Shown here in pieces: positions 51,217 through 63,388 of a stretch of DNA of 64,000 bases (position 1 is the first letter of the stretch; each line of letters starts with the position of its first letter). The DNA lies in NCBI GenBank assembly GCA_002633005.1, contig NMRA01000268.1, forward strand, positions 2,509 through 66,508, written 5' to 3'. Origin of the DNA: Phoronis australis. Taxonomy: Eukaryota > Animalia > Phoronida. The position numbers were made by a program, and so were the translations under genes. The notes under the pieces are model-generated. The model was not told the DNA's origin and ran no database searches. It saw only the letters and a list, made by a program, of their open reading frames with translations.

Positions 51217-53087
51217 TGGTTAAATAAGTGTACCATTCTTTTGCTAAATTTCACCGAAAGACAAGGTCACGCCACGCAATTAATCAGAGGTTGAAAAGAA
51301 GTCAAATATCAAGTTTTACTGGCTTACTATATTCACTAAATGTGTAATTTTGCAAGTTTTATGAATATTGGGATAAATACACAGGCTTTAGTTGACAAGA
51401 TCCCACATAACCTTAAATCCCAAAATGCTAGTAACGTTTTTTCATATAGTTGACTGTGAAATGGTCTTTCAAACTTCCTCTAATAGATTTAACTAATAAT
51501 AAACATTGGTTTTGGCCACAGTAACAATAGGAAATTGATGAAAACCCAAGCATAATATTTCATTGATGTCTTGATACGTTTTGCATATATCATGCTTGTG
51601 TGCAGTGGCAGTGTATTCTAATTAAAACGTACGGAACACAAGACCTCGTCATCAATCATTTTTAAACAATCCCTGACAAAAGTACCATCTAGTAACCTTT
51701 ACTCAAGAGTTATTGTGATGGAATTTCCTGAAAAAACGCAAAATCCACGATTTTTGAAGTACCCGCGAAGGAAAAACTCTGTAGTCACCACAGAATTTCT
51801 TACCACCCTCCCACTTAAGATAAATGTGCGCATGCGCACAGAATCATTCGACAAGATGGACATTAACGACAGATTATCAGGTGTGGTCGCACTCCGAATC
51901 AGGAGGAGACAGCACAGTATGAGGCAAGCCAGTGAAGAAAGTGATTCTCCAAAAATAATTCCAAGTGCATTTTTAGAATACAACTGAATACTAGTCACCA
52001 TTGTTTTGCTTACATCAAAGATCAAAGTTAATGTTTCCCTATGAAAGAACTTTGCTACAATACATCTGTGTCTTGCCATAACCAATAGGGAGACATGCTT
52101 TCCCTTGTGAGTGAAAAATCGACGAAGTGATCAGCAGTTGACATATCTTTTTTAATTTGAAACTGAAAGAAAAATGCTTTGACATCAACAGAAACTCCAA
52201 ATCTTTACGAACAAACCGTAAAAATACCTGGTGAGCAGGTTGAATTCTGTTTCAGTGGCAGAGAAACACTTTCAATAATCTGTTTTTCGGGTTCCAGCTC
52301 TCTTTAATGTCTTAAACGCGCATTTTAAACACTAGTTGCAACCCAGAAATCTTATAACGGTGCTTTGTATGCCTACTAAACTTCCCACACGGGTGAGATT
52401 GGCTCAATATGACGAATATCTTTATTCAATTGATACTGTAATATGTGTTTAATCATAGATTATAGACAACAGATTCGCAACTCCGGCATTTTCTTACGTA
52501 CTAGCTGAACTCTCCTGACCTTTCTGGTACAGTTTCCGGTTAATGTACTTTGACGAGAAATACATGCATCTACTTTACTGTCCAAAACAACGAAAAAATA
52601 TTAATTTCGGCCTTGAAACGCTTTTCAAAGTCTTTCAATAGTAGAAGTGTTGGTATTGTGAGTACTTTTGGCAATGCTACTGGTAATTAATTACAAACTT
52701 CGGTGCCAACTGATTATGTCGTCTGCTTGCCCAATAGCAGCATACACTGTAGTTATCGGACAGTTTGTGATTTATGGTTCACATGGGCCTACTGAGAAAA
52801 CTACGAAAGCATGTTTGTGCACAAATTCCAACATAGGAGTACCTGTGAATGCAAAAGATACTTAGCCTATATAACGTTTTTGGTTTAGAAAAATAATTTT
52901 GTTCGAATTAAAAAATGCGCCTCTGCAACCATTTGACTAGTTGAACCTTTGCATGTTTATAATTCAACATTCTCAAGAGAGCAGTTCTTCTGGGAAGAGT
53001 TGAGTGTCCCTTAAAAGGGCCGTTGGTTGTAGTGTGCATGAGCCTTGGTATAGCGTGAAATGGTTCTTAAAAGAACCGTTGAATAAT

Positions 53088-53324
53088 TCAACATAAATCA
53101 CACAGTATACCGTGCTCACTCAAGTACTGAAGGTCCTCTTCATTCAAGTTTTCATCTGGGAAGGTTAGATGAAAACAGAGGAGATGACAATATCGATGAC
53201 AGTTGTAACACCTTAGATAGATATTACCGTTCACCAACGTTGTCACGAACCCTGCCTCGTTGAGTTCTTGTTCCTGTATCCACAAATAATCCTGAACTGT
53301 AGGGAAAAATGACAGACAACACAT
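53088..53324 (-). pseudogene. PHD-finger-like coding remnant inside the P-like element
   Basis: CYNCHRYCHLLC...CDLC* fits C-x2-C-x4-H-x2-C-xn-C-x2-C. The upstream frame contains stops. Confidence 0.45.
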
Positions 53325-53897
53325 CGAATCAAATTTCGAAAATCATCGCCTTCGTACGATTCCGTGTTGCTGTCACCAGACATGTTCTTCTCCAACATCC
53401 ATGTAGAAAATCGACGTTGCAAGTGATGGAAACTTGTCTACGTTCTCGTCCTTTGTTTCTAACCTTTAACTCATTTTTAATAAAGGGGCGTCCTGTTTTT
53501 GTCTCATGTTGATAGTGCATAACTTTTGGTTTTACAATGTATTAATCGTGTTAAATACATATATATGAACTGGCCTCATTGAGATGCACAACAAATAAAT
53601 TAATTATAACACATTAAAATTTTGAAAATATAAAGAGCAGTAACAGACTCCCTAAAAATCAGGCTTGTTTTCGAAAGGTTTGCGCCATTGGGGATCTGAT
53701 TGGTTCAATCGCTTGCGGCGGGAAAATAATAGACCCAGTTATTGTGCGCGTGTGCACTGTAGCAATGCTTTGCATCTTATTTTTATTTGTATAATCTGTT
53801 GATACAGAAAGTTTCCTTATATATGACCATCCTGATTTGACCGCGACTTGAGCTTCTTGAGTTCTACCATATTGGGGCTGTCAGAGGGACTCGCGTG

Positions 53898-54035
53898 CAT
53901 GTGCGCAACCAGCCTTCAAAATGGGGGCTCGAATTCCTGACGTTATGGAGCTTTTGCTAACAAAAGAAAGGGCCTACTAAAAATACAAAAAAAACGGGAG
54001 CACCACTGTGAATTGCCCCCCCGGGTGCGCGCATG
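53898..54035. mobile_element. MITE, CATGCGCGCACCC family
   Basis: TIRs CATGTGCGCAACC and GGGTGCGCGCATG. Near-TSD GCGTG/ACGTG. Confidence 0.8.
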
Positions 54036-54315
54036 ACGTGGTGCTTACTCGCATGAGTTTCATTTTAGCGGCTATTACCAATTGTGTAGGTGAAATAAAT
54101 TAACAAAGTGGATGATTATCATCACCGGTATTTCATCATTAGTATTTTTATCGGGTTCCCAAGTTTTCCGAGGCTAGGGGTTGTCACATTTTGTAAGGTA
54201 GACGTGTTTCAGTGAACTTCCATGTTTGTGGCTTTATTTATACCTGACCAAACTTTAAAAAAGAAGCCCGCGTTTAAACCAGGAGCTGCATTGGGTGCAA
54301 TTTGTGTAGACGTTT

Positions 54316-54471
54316 CATGCGCGCACCCAACCTCTAATTTCGGGGGGCTCGAATGTCTCGCAAAGTGGACCTTTTGCTAACAAAAAGCGTGAGAACTAAA
54401 ATAAAGAAAACGGGGCACTGTGGTGGACTTTCGTCTCTTTCTCTCGGACTTTTTCCCTGGGTGCGCGCATG
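54316..54471. mobile_element. MITE, CATGCGCGCACCC family
   Basis: TIRs CATGCGCGCACCCA and TGGGTGCGCGCATG. Near-TSD CGTTT/AGTTT. Confidence 0.8.
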
Positions 54472-54674
54472 AGTTTGTCTGCGTTGCCAGTTTTTATAAA
54501 GGTGGGCCTGTCTGTAGCCAACTACGGTAAATTCATGAAAGGTCACGTGCGTGGTTGCGTTAGCAGAACCGATCCAATATTTCAGAAGGACCATACTTAG
54601 TATCCGTTACGCACGGGTCTTTTTGTTACGTTAGGAGTAGGATTGGTTCATATTATGTAGAGGTGGTGAAGAAT

Positions 54675-57600
54675 GGGGCTATTCGGAAAATCTACAATAA
54701 CTAGAGGGCGTGCGTGTACTAGTGGTGATAGATTAACAGCCTCGATTTCGCGAGCCCTTTAAATACATGGTGAAATGGCTTGCGGCCGTGCCAACTGAAT
54801 CTGAGATTGCTTAAAAAGAGTGCTTCTATGAGAGGAAGTAAGCACGTCCTCGTGCAAAGGTAAGGTTTGTGATTATTTTAACGATTATTCCATGATTATT
54901 CTACCGATGCCTGTTAACTGAGGCACTCGCCGATGTCGACTTCGCGGCAGTCGGTCGCCAGCCAGAGTCTGGTTAATTTTTGTACGTTGTGATATGTGAT
55001 ACGATACTTGACGTAGCAATCGGGATCTTTTCGTACATCAAAGCATTATTATTGTTTGGAATGATTTCTAAAAGTTCATCAGTGACAGTTACATCAATCA
55101 ATGCTGAATGTTTATGCTGTCAACTCGATACAGGTTAATGAAGATTACAATCCAATCCCAATGGCAGAGGGTACGTGAGTGATAAATATCCATTGCATTA
55201 GACTATTTGTTTACTCCCTATCATATGTCTTCTGGAAATCTATTACACGTTGAAATGGAAATCTATCACGTCAGTTTTCACGTAACCTTTGGTTTTTAGG
55301 TTTGAAGGCTTGTACCGTGCAGAGGAGATATGCATCGCTTCTACACCGTCCCTGAATGGACAAAAATTGGTTTTTAGCATTTGACTGCAGCTAACCAACA
55401 AGATCTTCCCATCCAGTGCAGATCTGTTGTAAAAGCCTACTTTCAATATTGGAGACAACAAACAAAGCCTTTGAAAAGGAACAGCTATTTTTAAAGTCAT
55501 TTTGTTAAATTACTTATTCAGGTCCCGAGGGCGGATTGGCATGGGGGGTTGTAATATTTGGTACAACTGAATGTGTGGAAATAACAGGTGATACATGTTT
55601 GGGGAAAAGAGCATGGTGAGGTAATTCTTAACCTTCACGAAGTCCCTTCAAGTTGATTTCGTGAAACTGTTTTGCTACTTGTATCATTTGTAAAACCACG
55701 AAAATATATTACATTTTCCGAATTCACAGTGACTGAATCATAGTCTTAACTCATGCCTTGAAATGTTGCAAGTCGTTATAAATTCAAATGACAGCCATTT
55801 TTGTAAAAATTGCATTTTTGATGGTGCCTTACGATTTGTAATTACTCTTAAACAACAGAAAGATTATCCATCATTTTTAAATGACCCAAGTCTTCATATC
55901 TTCTATTAGAAGAAAAACGGTTCCCTCAACCTTAGGCTAGAAGTATGCTTGACAGACCCATGAACCTGTAATCTGAGTTTAAAATTGCTGAAAGTATCAA
56001 AATTAAAAAGGCTTGAAAATGGGTAACAAAGGTTTGAAGTTGTCTCAAAAAACTTGTATATTTTACAGACAAGTGATGCGTTTAAAGAATTGTTATGGCT
56101 AGGGATAAAAAATAAAGACACAGTTTTATGCAATACTCATTATATACACCCTTGGTTTCTGAAAATAGTAATTATTTACTTTTATGTGAAACTGTAGACC
56201 AATCACCATATATTTTTGAAAAACAGGGATAACATTTTTGATCCAATCTGGAGTACTTAATTATTCATATTTCAATATTTGTTCCAGGTTCAGTGACATT
56301 TTAAGACCACTTCGAGCTGTATCATAGACAAGCTTTGTTACTCCATTCTCTTCCCACAGCACTTCCACACACCAGCAGTGCTGCATGGCACAATGTGCAA
56401 GTCAGTGGCCCTGGAGAAATGTGAATGGCAGTACTAATTTACCATAAGACAATGTGCCAGTGGAGTGTCTGTATCCAGACGAACTATATCTGACTGCTAC
56501 ACAAGTAAGCTTTGTTGGTGAGGATGCCCTTTCATAGGCAATGAGTCTTGTGTGGACAATAGCTTATTTCCTTTCCTGGAAGAAACACGAGGGACTGAAG
56601 CTAAACAAGACCTTGTCTGACTCTGGTCTAGTTCAGAGTCTGATTTTGGGCTCAAAACGATTCAAGTGATATGCTGCTGTGTTTACCTTCAAGGGTCTAA
56701 TTGTGGATGTTATTGAGGCTGAATGAGGTTACATGAAAGAAAGCCACGTGTTGAAACTGGACCTTTTTTACAAGCGCTTCTATAGGCCATTGAAACTAGA
56801 ACCCAGTGAAATGAAAGCCAAAAGCTGAGTGACATTAAATTTTCCTTTCAGAAGAAAGGCTTTATACTATTGGTAAAAACTTTTCAATTTGGTACAGATT
56901 TTGGGGAAATGACATATAGTGACTACATCGATTGTCTTATTGTATGTTTTCAATTGTAGCTAGGTGGATAAGAATCTGCTATGCACAAGATTCGAGAATA
57001 AACAATTATCAGTGTATTTAAAAACAAATGGCAAACTGAAAAAGCACAGAAAGAAACAACATTGCGAGGGAGTCCATAATCAGGCATATCATATGAATTT
57101 CTGAATTACGTTCAATTCTCTCAGGTTATTGCTGAAGGATTACTTTTCACTTTGTCCAACGGTGAAACAGATGGTCAGGCGGTTGGTTTCAGTTGTTTTT
57201 TCTTGCCTGTAACAGAATAGAAATATTAGCAAATTGTAAAAGAAAAGACAAGACAAAACTACTTTTGTAAGGCAGAACATACTTGACATTTCATCTTCAT
57301 GTTTATGTGTAGAAACTAATAACCTTTGTACCCAAGTCTTATTTAATATCTGAATTAAAATATGTGAAACAGGTTAACAATGTGTATTTTTCATGACACT
57401 TAAAATGTGCTTCTGATCTCAACAAGTAAAATTCATTCTAGGTGTCAATTTTTTCCAATGCAGTGTTACTGAATTAAGGTTATTCATGTTAAGTCAATAA
57501 CTGAGCTGGTGGTCCTGGGGGTGGGGTCCACGTTAAAATAAGGAAACTCACTAATCTAGAGAATTTCATTGGAAACAGCATAGTTTTGAAGAGAAACTGT

Positions 57601-58161
57601 TGTGAAAAAGTCACTCTTGACTTCTGTGCATCACGTACAATACACCTCTTATTTTGGGAGCACTCCCACTCAGGACAATATGCCGGAATATGTGCTGCTA
57701 GCCTAACCGGCATTGGGTGAGTTTCCAAAAAGAAACACTTAGTTCCACTCAATAAAACTGTTATTCAGTGGGGTAACTGGTGGGGATAACATCACCGAAC
57801 GATGTTGATAGAAACTGATTGCTAAAATCTTACCAAGTAATGTTGTGTAGTCTCCGAATGGAACTGCATAGTCATAGAGCACACACGGGGCTTCAGCATC
57901 CCCACATTTTTTGTCAGTTAGTTGACCCTGTTGACCGCAATTGTCCACGAATATAGTAACCTTGGGTCTTTTGGGAATTTGTGGCCACCTGTCGAAGACT
58001 GGCACCAGGGAAATTAGCAGTAATAAGGCTTAGCGCGACGACGTATTTTGATAAAAATTGCATCTTTTACCAGTTGTTTACATGCAGACAGCCACGCATG
58101 CGCAATTCAATCACCACTAGTACAGCAGCGACACCGCGAGGTGAATTCTCCGAATAGCCCC
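54675..58161. mobile_element. ISL2EU-like (PIF/Harbinger-related) DNA transposon, decayed
   Basis: TIRs GGGGCTATTCGGA and TCCGAATAGCCCC with a second matching block TGTACTAGTGGTGAT. AT on both flanks. The plus strand at 56590-56810 reads LKLNKT...VQ...AVFTFKGLIVDVIE...KLDLFYKRF (YqaJ-exonuclease-like C-terminus). A minus-strand exon near 57200 reads KKQLKPTA*PSV (THAP-end-like). Confidence 0.7.
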
Positions 58162-58967
58162 ATTAGTACGTTTTTGTCATAAATGTTTATTTGAAAGGCG
58201 TAAGGTTGGAAATACTTTTGAAATAGTAGGAATTAAGGCAGATTAAAAAAAACTTTGTCTGCTTACAAAAATGATACATTGAAGCATAAAAACAACCTTC
58301 ATACCCCTTTGATATCCCTGTTCCATGTTTGCAAAGAAGTTGAAACTCGGGTTTGTTTTCGGTATTTTCATAGGCTGCAGCGTAATTGACTAAGGTGGTT
58401 CAAGTTTTGTGCGGCATACAGTCGACATTAATTAATGAGTATGTAACCTTCAGTTGAATTGTGAGATAGATTTTGACTGCTCCATGTGGTTATTTCTAAA
58501 GTGTTCTATTTATTTGTACACGAATCAGTGTGAATTTGTTGAAATCGCTGTTCCAAATCATGACCAAATTTTCGCATTCTGCTGAGACCAACCGTCTGAT
58601 CAGGGCCAGCGAAGAGTAATTTGGTTAATTCGCTCACTAGACAATGGCTGAAGTTCCTAATAAGGACAAGAGTTCACGAGTCACTACCTTTGGAAGAAAC
58701 TTAGCGGACAATTTTCGTCAAAAAGTTTACTAGATAGTTTTCATCAAAACGGAGAAAAGAAAAATGGATTTGTGAAGACAGGATTAAGTAGTAGGCCTAC
58801 CAGAGCCTCTTAAAAAACATCCATTTTCGAAGTGCCTTGAACAAATGTACAAAGTCTTTTTGGTGAAAAAACTGTCATTCACGTTGACACAAGAAGTTAG
58901 CTTTTGTTTCCACAGCTGGTTATGGGGTCTTCAGATGGTATGGAAGCTAATCCCTTTGCATTTCGCG

Positions 58968-59609
58968 TGTGTGGCCGAACAACGCAGAATGGTGAATGTT
59001 GGCCAATTCCCCTTTTGTCCACTGACGTCACAAGCATACTGGCGCCCCCAGTGGAGGCCCTGAGAACTCGTAAACAAGCATGCTGGCGACTGTGGTTAAA
59101 GTATTTTTTCATGATTTTTCCAGAGTCGCTATGTTTTAGAGTGTTTTTTAAATAATGTTGCATGTCATACCTCTCACAAAATTAATATTGTTCCAATAAA
59201 TTAAGAAAATTGGAATATTCATTCTCGCGATCCTGCAACACCATCCAAATGTTCTTCTGTGACACACGGCAAAGCCAAAGTTTTATCCCCACGCGAAATA
59301 GCCTCGTTTACGCTCGACTAAAAAGGAGTCTTTAAATCATAATTAATTGATACTATATACCATTCATTATTATATTCCATGCATTATGTTTTTAGAAAAA
59401 AAAACGATACTCAACGTCCCACAATAAATACTAGTCTGTTCGCCTGCTTGGCTCGGCCGTTGCTAGGCTGGATACTACCGGGTTCATGAACTCGGTTTAT
59501 TTACGAGTTCTCAGGGACTCCACTGGGGGCGCCAGTATGCTTGTGACGTCAGTGGACAAAAGGGGAATTGGCCAACATTCACCATTTTGCCCGAACAACC
59601 GGCCACACA
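58968..59609. mobile_element. MITE with ~87-bp near-perfect inverted repeats
   Basis: 58988-59074 is the reverse complement of 59500-59586 with about one mismatch. Outer TGTGTGGCC / GGCCACACA. Confidence 0.88.
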
Positions 59610-61732
59610 GTAGCCGACCATGACTAGCAGACGACGTACTTGCCGGAAATGGCACAAGAAAATTTAGCCAGGTGTCGCCAGTGAATAATGACGTAAGGGC
59701 TTATGCGTAAGATCACAGATTTCGTCCACTGAAAGTATACGAAGTTGGCGGTTCATGTACTATAGTCTATGGTTTAATGGAACTTTTACGTTGTTGAAGA
59801 CTCAGTTGACAGACTTATTTTCATTAATTACTATGGCTATTTTTATTTTCAAAGTAGTGTTATACCACCCTAAGGCTTTGGTTTTCGTTATTAAATTACG
59901 GAAATAAATTCTGTCATCGTTTATGTATACTGTTTGTGTAAATGAGTTGCCATGACGGCAAACATTCGTGGATTTTCAAAAGTTCCCCATTGGTTTTTCC
60001 ATTTTTAGTCTTTGATAGAACGAATTTTACTTAAGGCAGTATAAATTTATTGGTATGTGGTGTGTGCACAATATTGCACTGTTGTAATTTTGAAGTACCT
60101 GGTAACCATGACGGAGCTAAACAACTATGTCAACTCCCACAGATTACTAGGGAAGGTCATTAAAAGGCTTGACCATGGTTGCCTAGTGCCTCGAACATGA
60201 CAACCAACAAGCTGAAAGTTGGTGTTCTTGACTAAGGACACACCTGGTTATGTGAAAACGATAGCCAATTCACCCCTAAGTTTAAAAAGAGTTCATCCAT
60301 TTAATTTTCGCAAGGTAGCCTGTTGCTAGCAAGAATATTTGCCCTCGAAACGGAAATTTTTGATTTTGACTTGCAAAATACCTGGTTACCATGTCAAGGG
60401 AGAATCGCAAAAAGTGCCTTGAGCGCGGTTGCCTGTTGTGTGCATCACATTGCCATCAAACCTAGAATTATTGGTTTTGGCCGGCCTAATCACAGTTGCT
60501 CAGAAAGGCAAAACTTGCAAATTTAGCTCAACAATCAATACCAGATGTGTCTGGCCCTCAGCAGTGCGAGTGTCATTGTTGCTCTACAGGGTTTCTACAT
60601 ATCCAGTGTTTGTATTGCTTGTAACTGATCTAGTTCTTAAACATACCTGTATTGTTTTGTTTTGCTCATTACAAAGCGCTCACAATGAGCATGCTTCTTG
60701 ATGTTACGAAATAGATGTACAAACTAGATTTACAGTAGTGAAAAGTTGTGTACTATAACAGTAATCGAAATTTGGGCGTCTAAAATGGATTCCTTAAAGT
60801 AGGTCACAAATATTTTCCATTGGCAAGAATTGGGCTAAATTTGAACTTTCTGATTGGTTACTACGAAACGATAAAATTGTTAGCATATAGATTGAGTCAA
60901 GGATGAACGCGGCGCCACCAGCGGGTCAGCGCTGGTAGGGTAATATTCAAAGAGTGATAATACCTATTTTCTCATGTGATTCTACTTGAGACTTATAAAA
61001 CCTGTGCGAAGGGACATTAGTATTGTACCTCGTTTATTGTTATGCTTATCTACAGTAGTTGCTATTGTTCATTTATCCATATGGTTTTTGTGTTTGTTGC
61101 GTCTCAGTGCGCTGTATAGCCTTTGTTACATGGGCCATGCGGGCGAGACTGTAATGTTCGAAACTTCGCTAGCAACATGCTTCGAAGAAGGGTGTGCTTT
61201 CTTCTTTGGCTTATATGGAACTGAACTGAAATGTATGCGTTAAGGTGAAATACACATTTTGATGTTCACTGAAGACTTGGTTTGTTACACGTGTCTGCAT
61301 TTTAATATAAATTTGTAAATACAGTGTAAAACACCTTTGGCACGAAGCTGTCTTACTTTCATGAAATCATGCAGCTAGTAGATTTCAACGTCAAAGTTCT
61401 TATTCTGCGCTGGTCGTGCAATCTCCGGAGGGTTTGAATTTACCGGAGAAATTTTCACATTTCTAGGATTTTGCCGGTTTTGGAAAATAAACTGTCACGG
61501 ATGTGTGAGCACAAGTACTCAATGAACGGTGCCAATAGCTCTCGGTGCAACTGGAGACGGGTTCGAGTTAATCACTTAATTAATTTCGACCGTACGTTCA
61601 CAAGTCTATACAAACAAAACGTCCGACGTAATGTCTGTTCTATGCTCCAGCAAGTGCTGCGAAGCCTCGACTCGTGACGAGTTCTTGAAACACTTCCCGC
61701 AACTGTTACACTCGTTGATTCATTAATCTTAA

Positions 61733-63388
61733 AGGAGAATGCCACCCGATTTAATTAGTCTTTTTTGCCGTCTTAATCGGTCTATATCCATATTGCCTCG
61801 CATACGGTCGACCTTACCTTGCCAAGAGGTGTCGCGTTAGCCTGTGAAGAAGGTGAGAAACGACGCTAGCGACGTCAGTGGTTCATATGCAGAGTGAATG
61901 CCGCTATGTTGCGGTGCATCGTTCCCGCTTGTGCGAACTAAGCAGCTGCGAGGGAAGCGGGTGTATCGTTTTTTTTACTTCCTCGAGAGTCCGAAATGCT
62001 TAGGAAGTGGCTCATGGTAGTAAAAAATTGAATGTACGCTGTAAATAGCAAGTATGAGGCCATGAAACATCTCCGTGTCTGTGGCCTGCAGACGTCGACA
62101 GTGCCTGACGAATGCTGGCTTACCAAATAACTCCATACGTTCCGTTGTCTGAGCTTGTTCACGTCGCCTCTCTAGTATTTCTTCATCACTATACTCCTGT
62201 TCGAATTGATTGCCTGTAAAACTTAACGATCCACCTGCGAAGTCGGCACTGATGAGCTCTAGCTCGTCCTAAGTCGGGATTGCGAGTTGCCGTGTTGGCG
62301 TTTATTACTGAGCGTTCAAAATGAATTATTCTCACCCTAACCAATATAAAACTGAAACAAAGTCTGTCTCATTAGATGCAATTTGTAATGCCTTTGGAGT
62401 GTTCGTGAGTGCAAATGATTTGAGAAGCCAGCAATGAATAAATCACCGAGTTACCGGCTTTAGGTGCAACAAAACTAATTGACGGGACACCGAGGCCGTG
62501 TGAGCTCATGCTAATTTAGTGTTTGCTGGCAGAAACTGTTGTGAAACAACTCGATTTCCATCCCACGGCCAGGTGTTAGGGGAATCTTTATTTACATTTA
62601 CATTACTCAAATAATGATTGTCAATGTACAACTTCTGCCCTGACGGTGCTGTGGCCAAAGCTGAACCTGAATTCGCGGCCCCCGACGAGTAGTTTCGTGG
62701 CTAATTCACCAACATAATCACGTGCACATTACTTTGGCTCACTAGTATAATATTTTCTTGACTGGAAGTTTTGTTTCCACTGAACTTTGGCTGGTTTATG
62801 TTCGTGATGTCTGATCAGTTTCCGAGCCACTGGCCGGGATAACGGCGGAGTCAACTCCGGCCGGCCGCGACTGGCCTGATCGGGCTCCGACCCACTGGCC
62901 AGGATAACAAGCGTTTTGTGTTTAGAACTCAAAAAATCACAAGTCTAAACAACACAGATCTAGGTACTCCTGTCTGTATCTCACGGAAAATACTTCGAAA
63001 TTATCTCCGAACAGACCCCAAACTCCTGCTACGGACCTTATTGGCCTGCCGAACTTTGCAGGCTACGGTGTGTGCAAATACCAATAAATCCGTAAGAGCG
63101 AAATAAAACAACACGTTTTTATAAGAACCCGGTGTATTTTTAAGTGTTTTACATCGATGTTTGACGATTTATTGGTGTTAAACGATGACTTCAAGCGATA
63201 AGCTGACACCAGTAACCCATGTTGTGAACTGCTGAACAGACTGCGTGTGAAACCGATGACGTCATTGGATAATTTCAACACCGTCTGCCGTCAGGTGTCA
63301 GGTGACGCAACCGTACGTGTCGTTATGGAGTAGAACTACTTGATCTAAATTGATACAAATTAGGTTGTTTTTTGGGTGGCATGCTCCT
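61733..63388 (+). mobile_element. Kolobok DNA transposon, non-autonomous, with THAP remnant
   Basis: TTAA|AGGAGAATGCCACCC ... GGGTGGCATGCTCCT|TTAA. From 61906 it reads MLRCIVPACAN*...GVSFFLLPRESEMLRKWLMVVKN*...HLRVCGL, a THAP domain with stops. Confidence 0.88.

Larger units (their letters stand above)
52454..59771. mobile_element. 7.3-kb non-autonomous P-like DNA transposon carrying nested insertions
   Basis: Termini CATAGATTATAG (52454) and CTATAGTCTATG (59771). Perfect 7-bp TSD GTTTAAT (52447-52453, 59772-59778). CATAGA termini and 7-8-bp TSDs fit the P superfamily. Confidence 0.75.

Noticed and set aside
50404-52085. 140-aa and 128-aa ORFs downstream of the GPCR
   Set aside because: No family motif, and the first overlaps a MITE terminal repeat.
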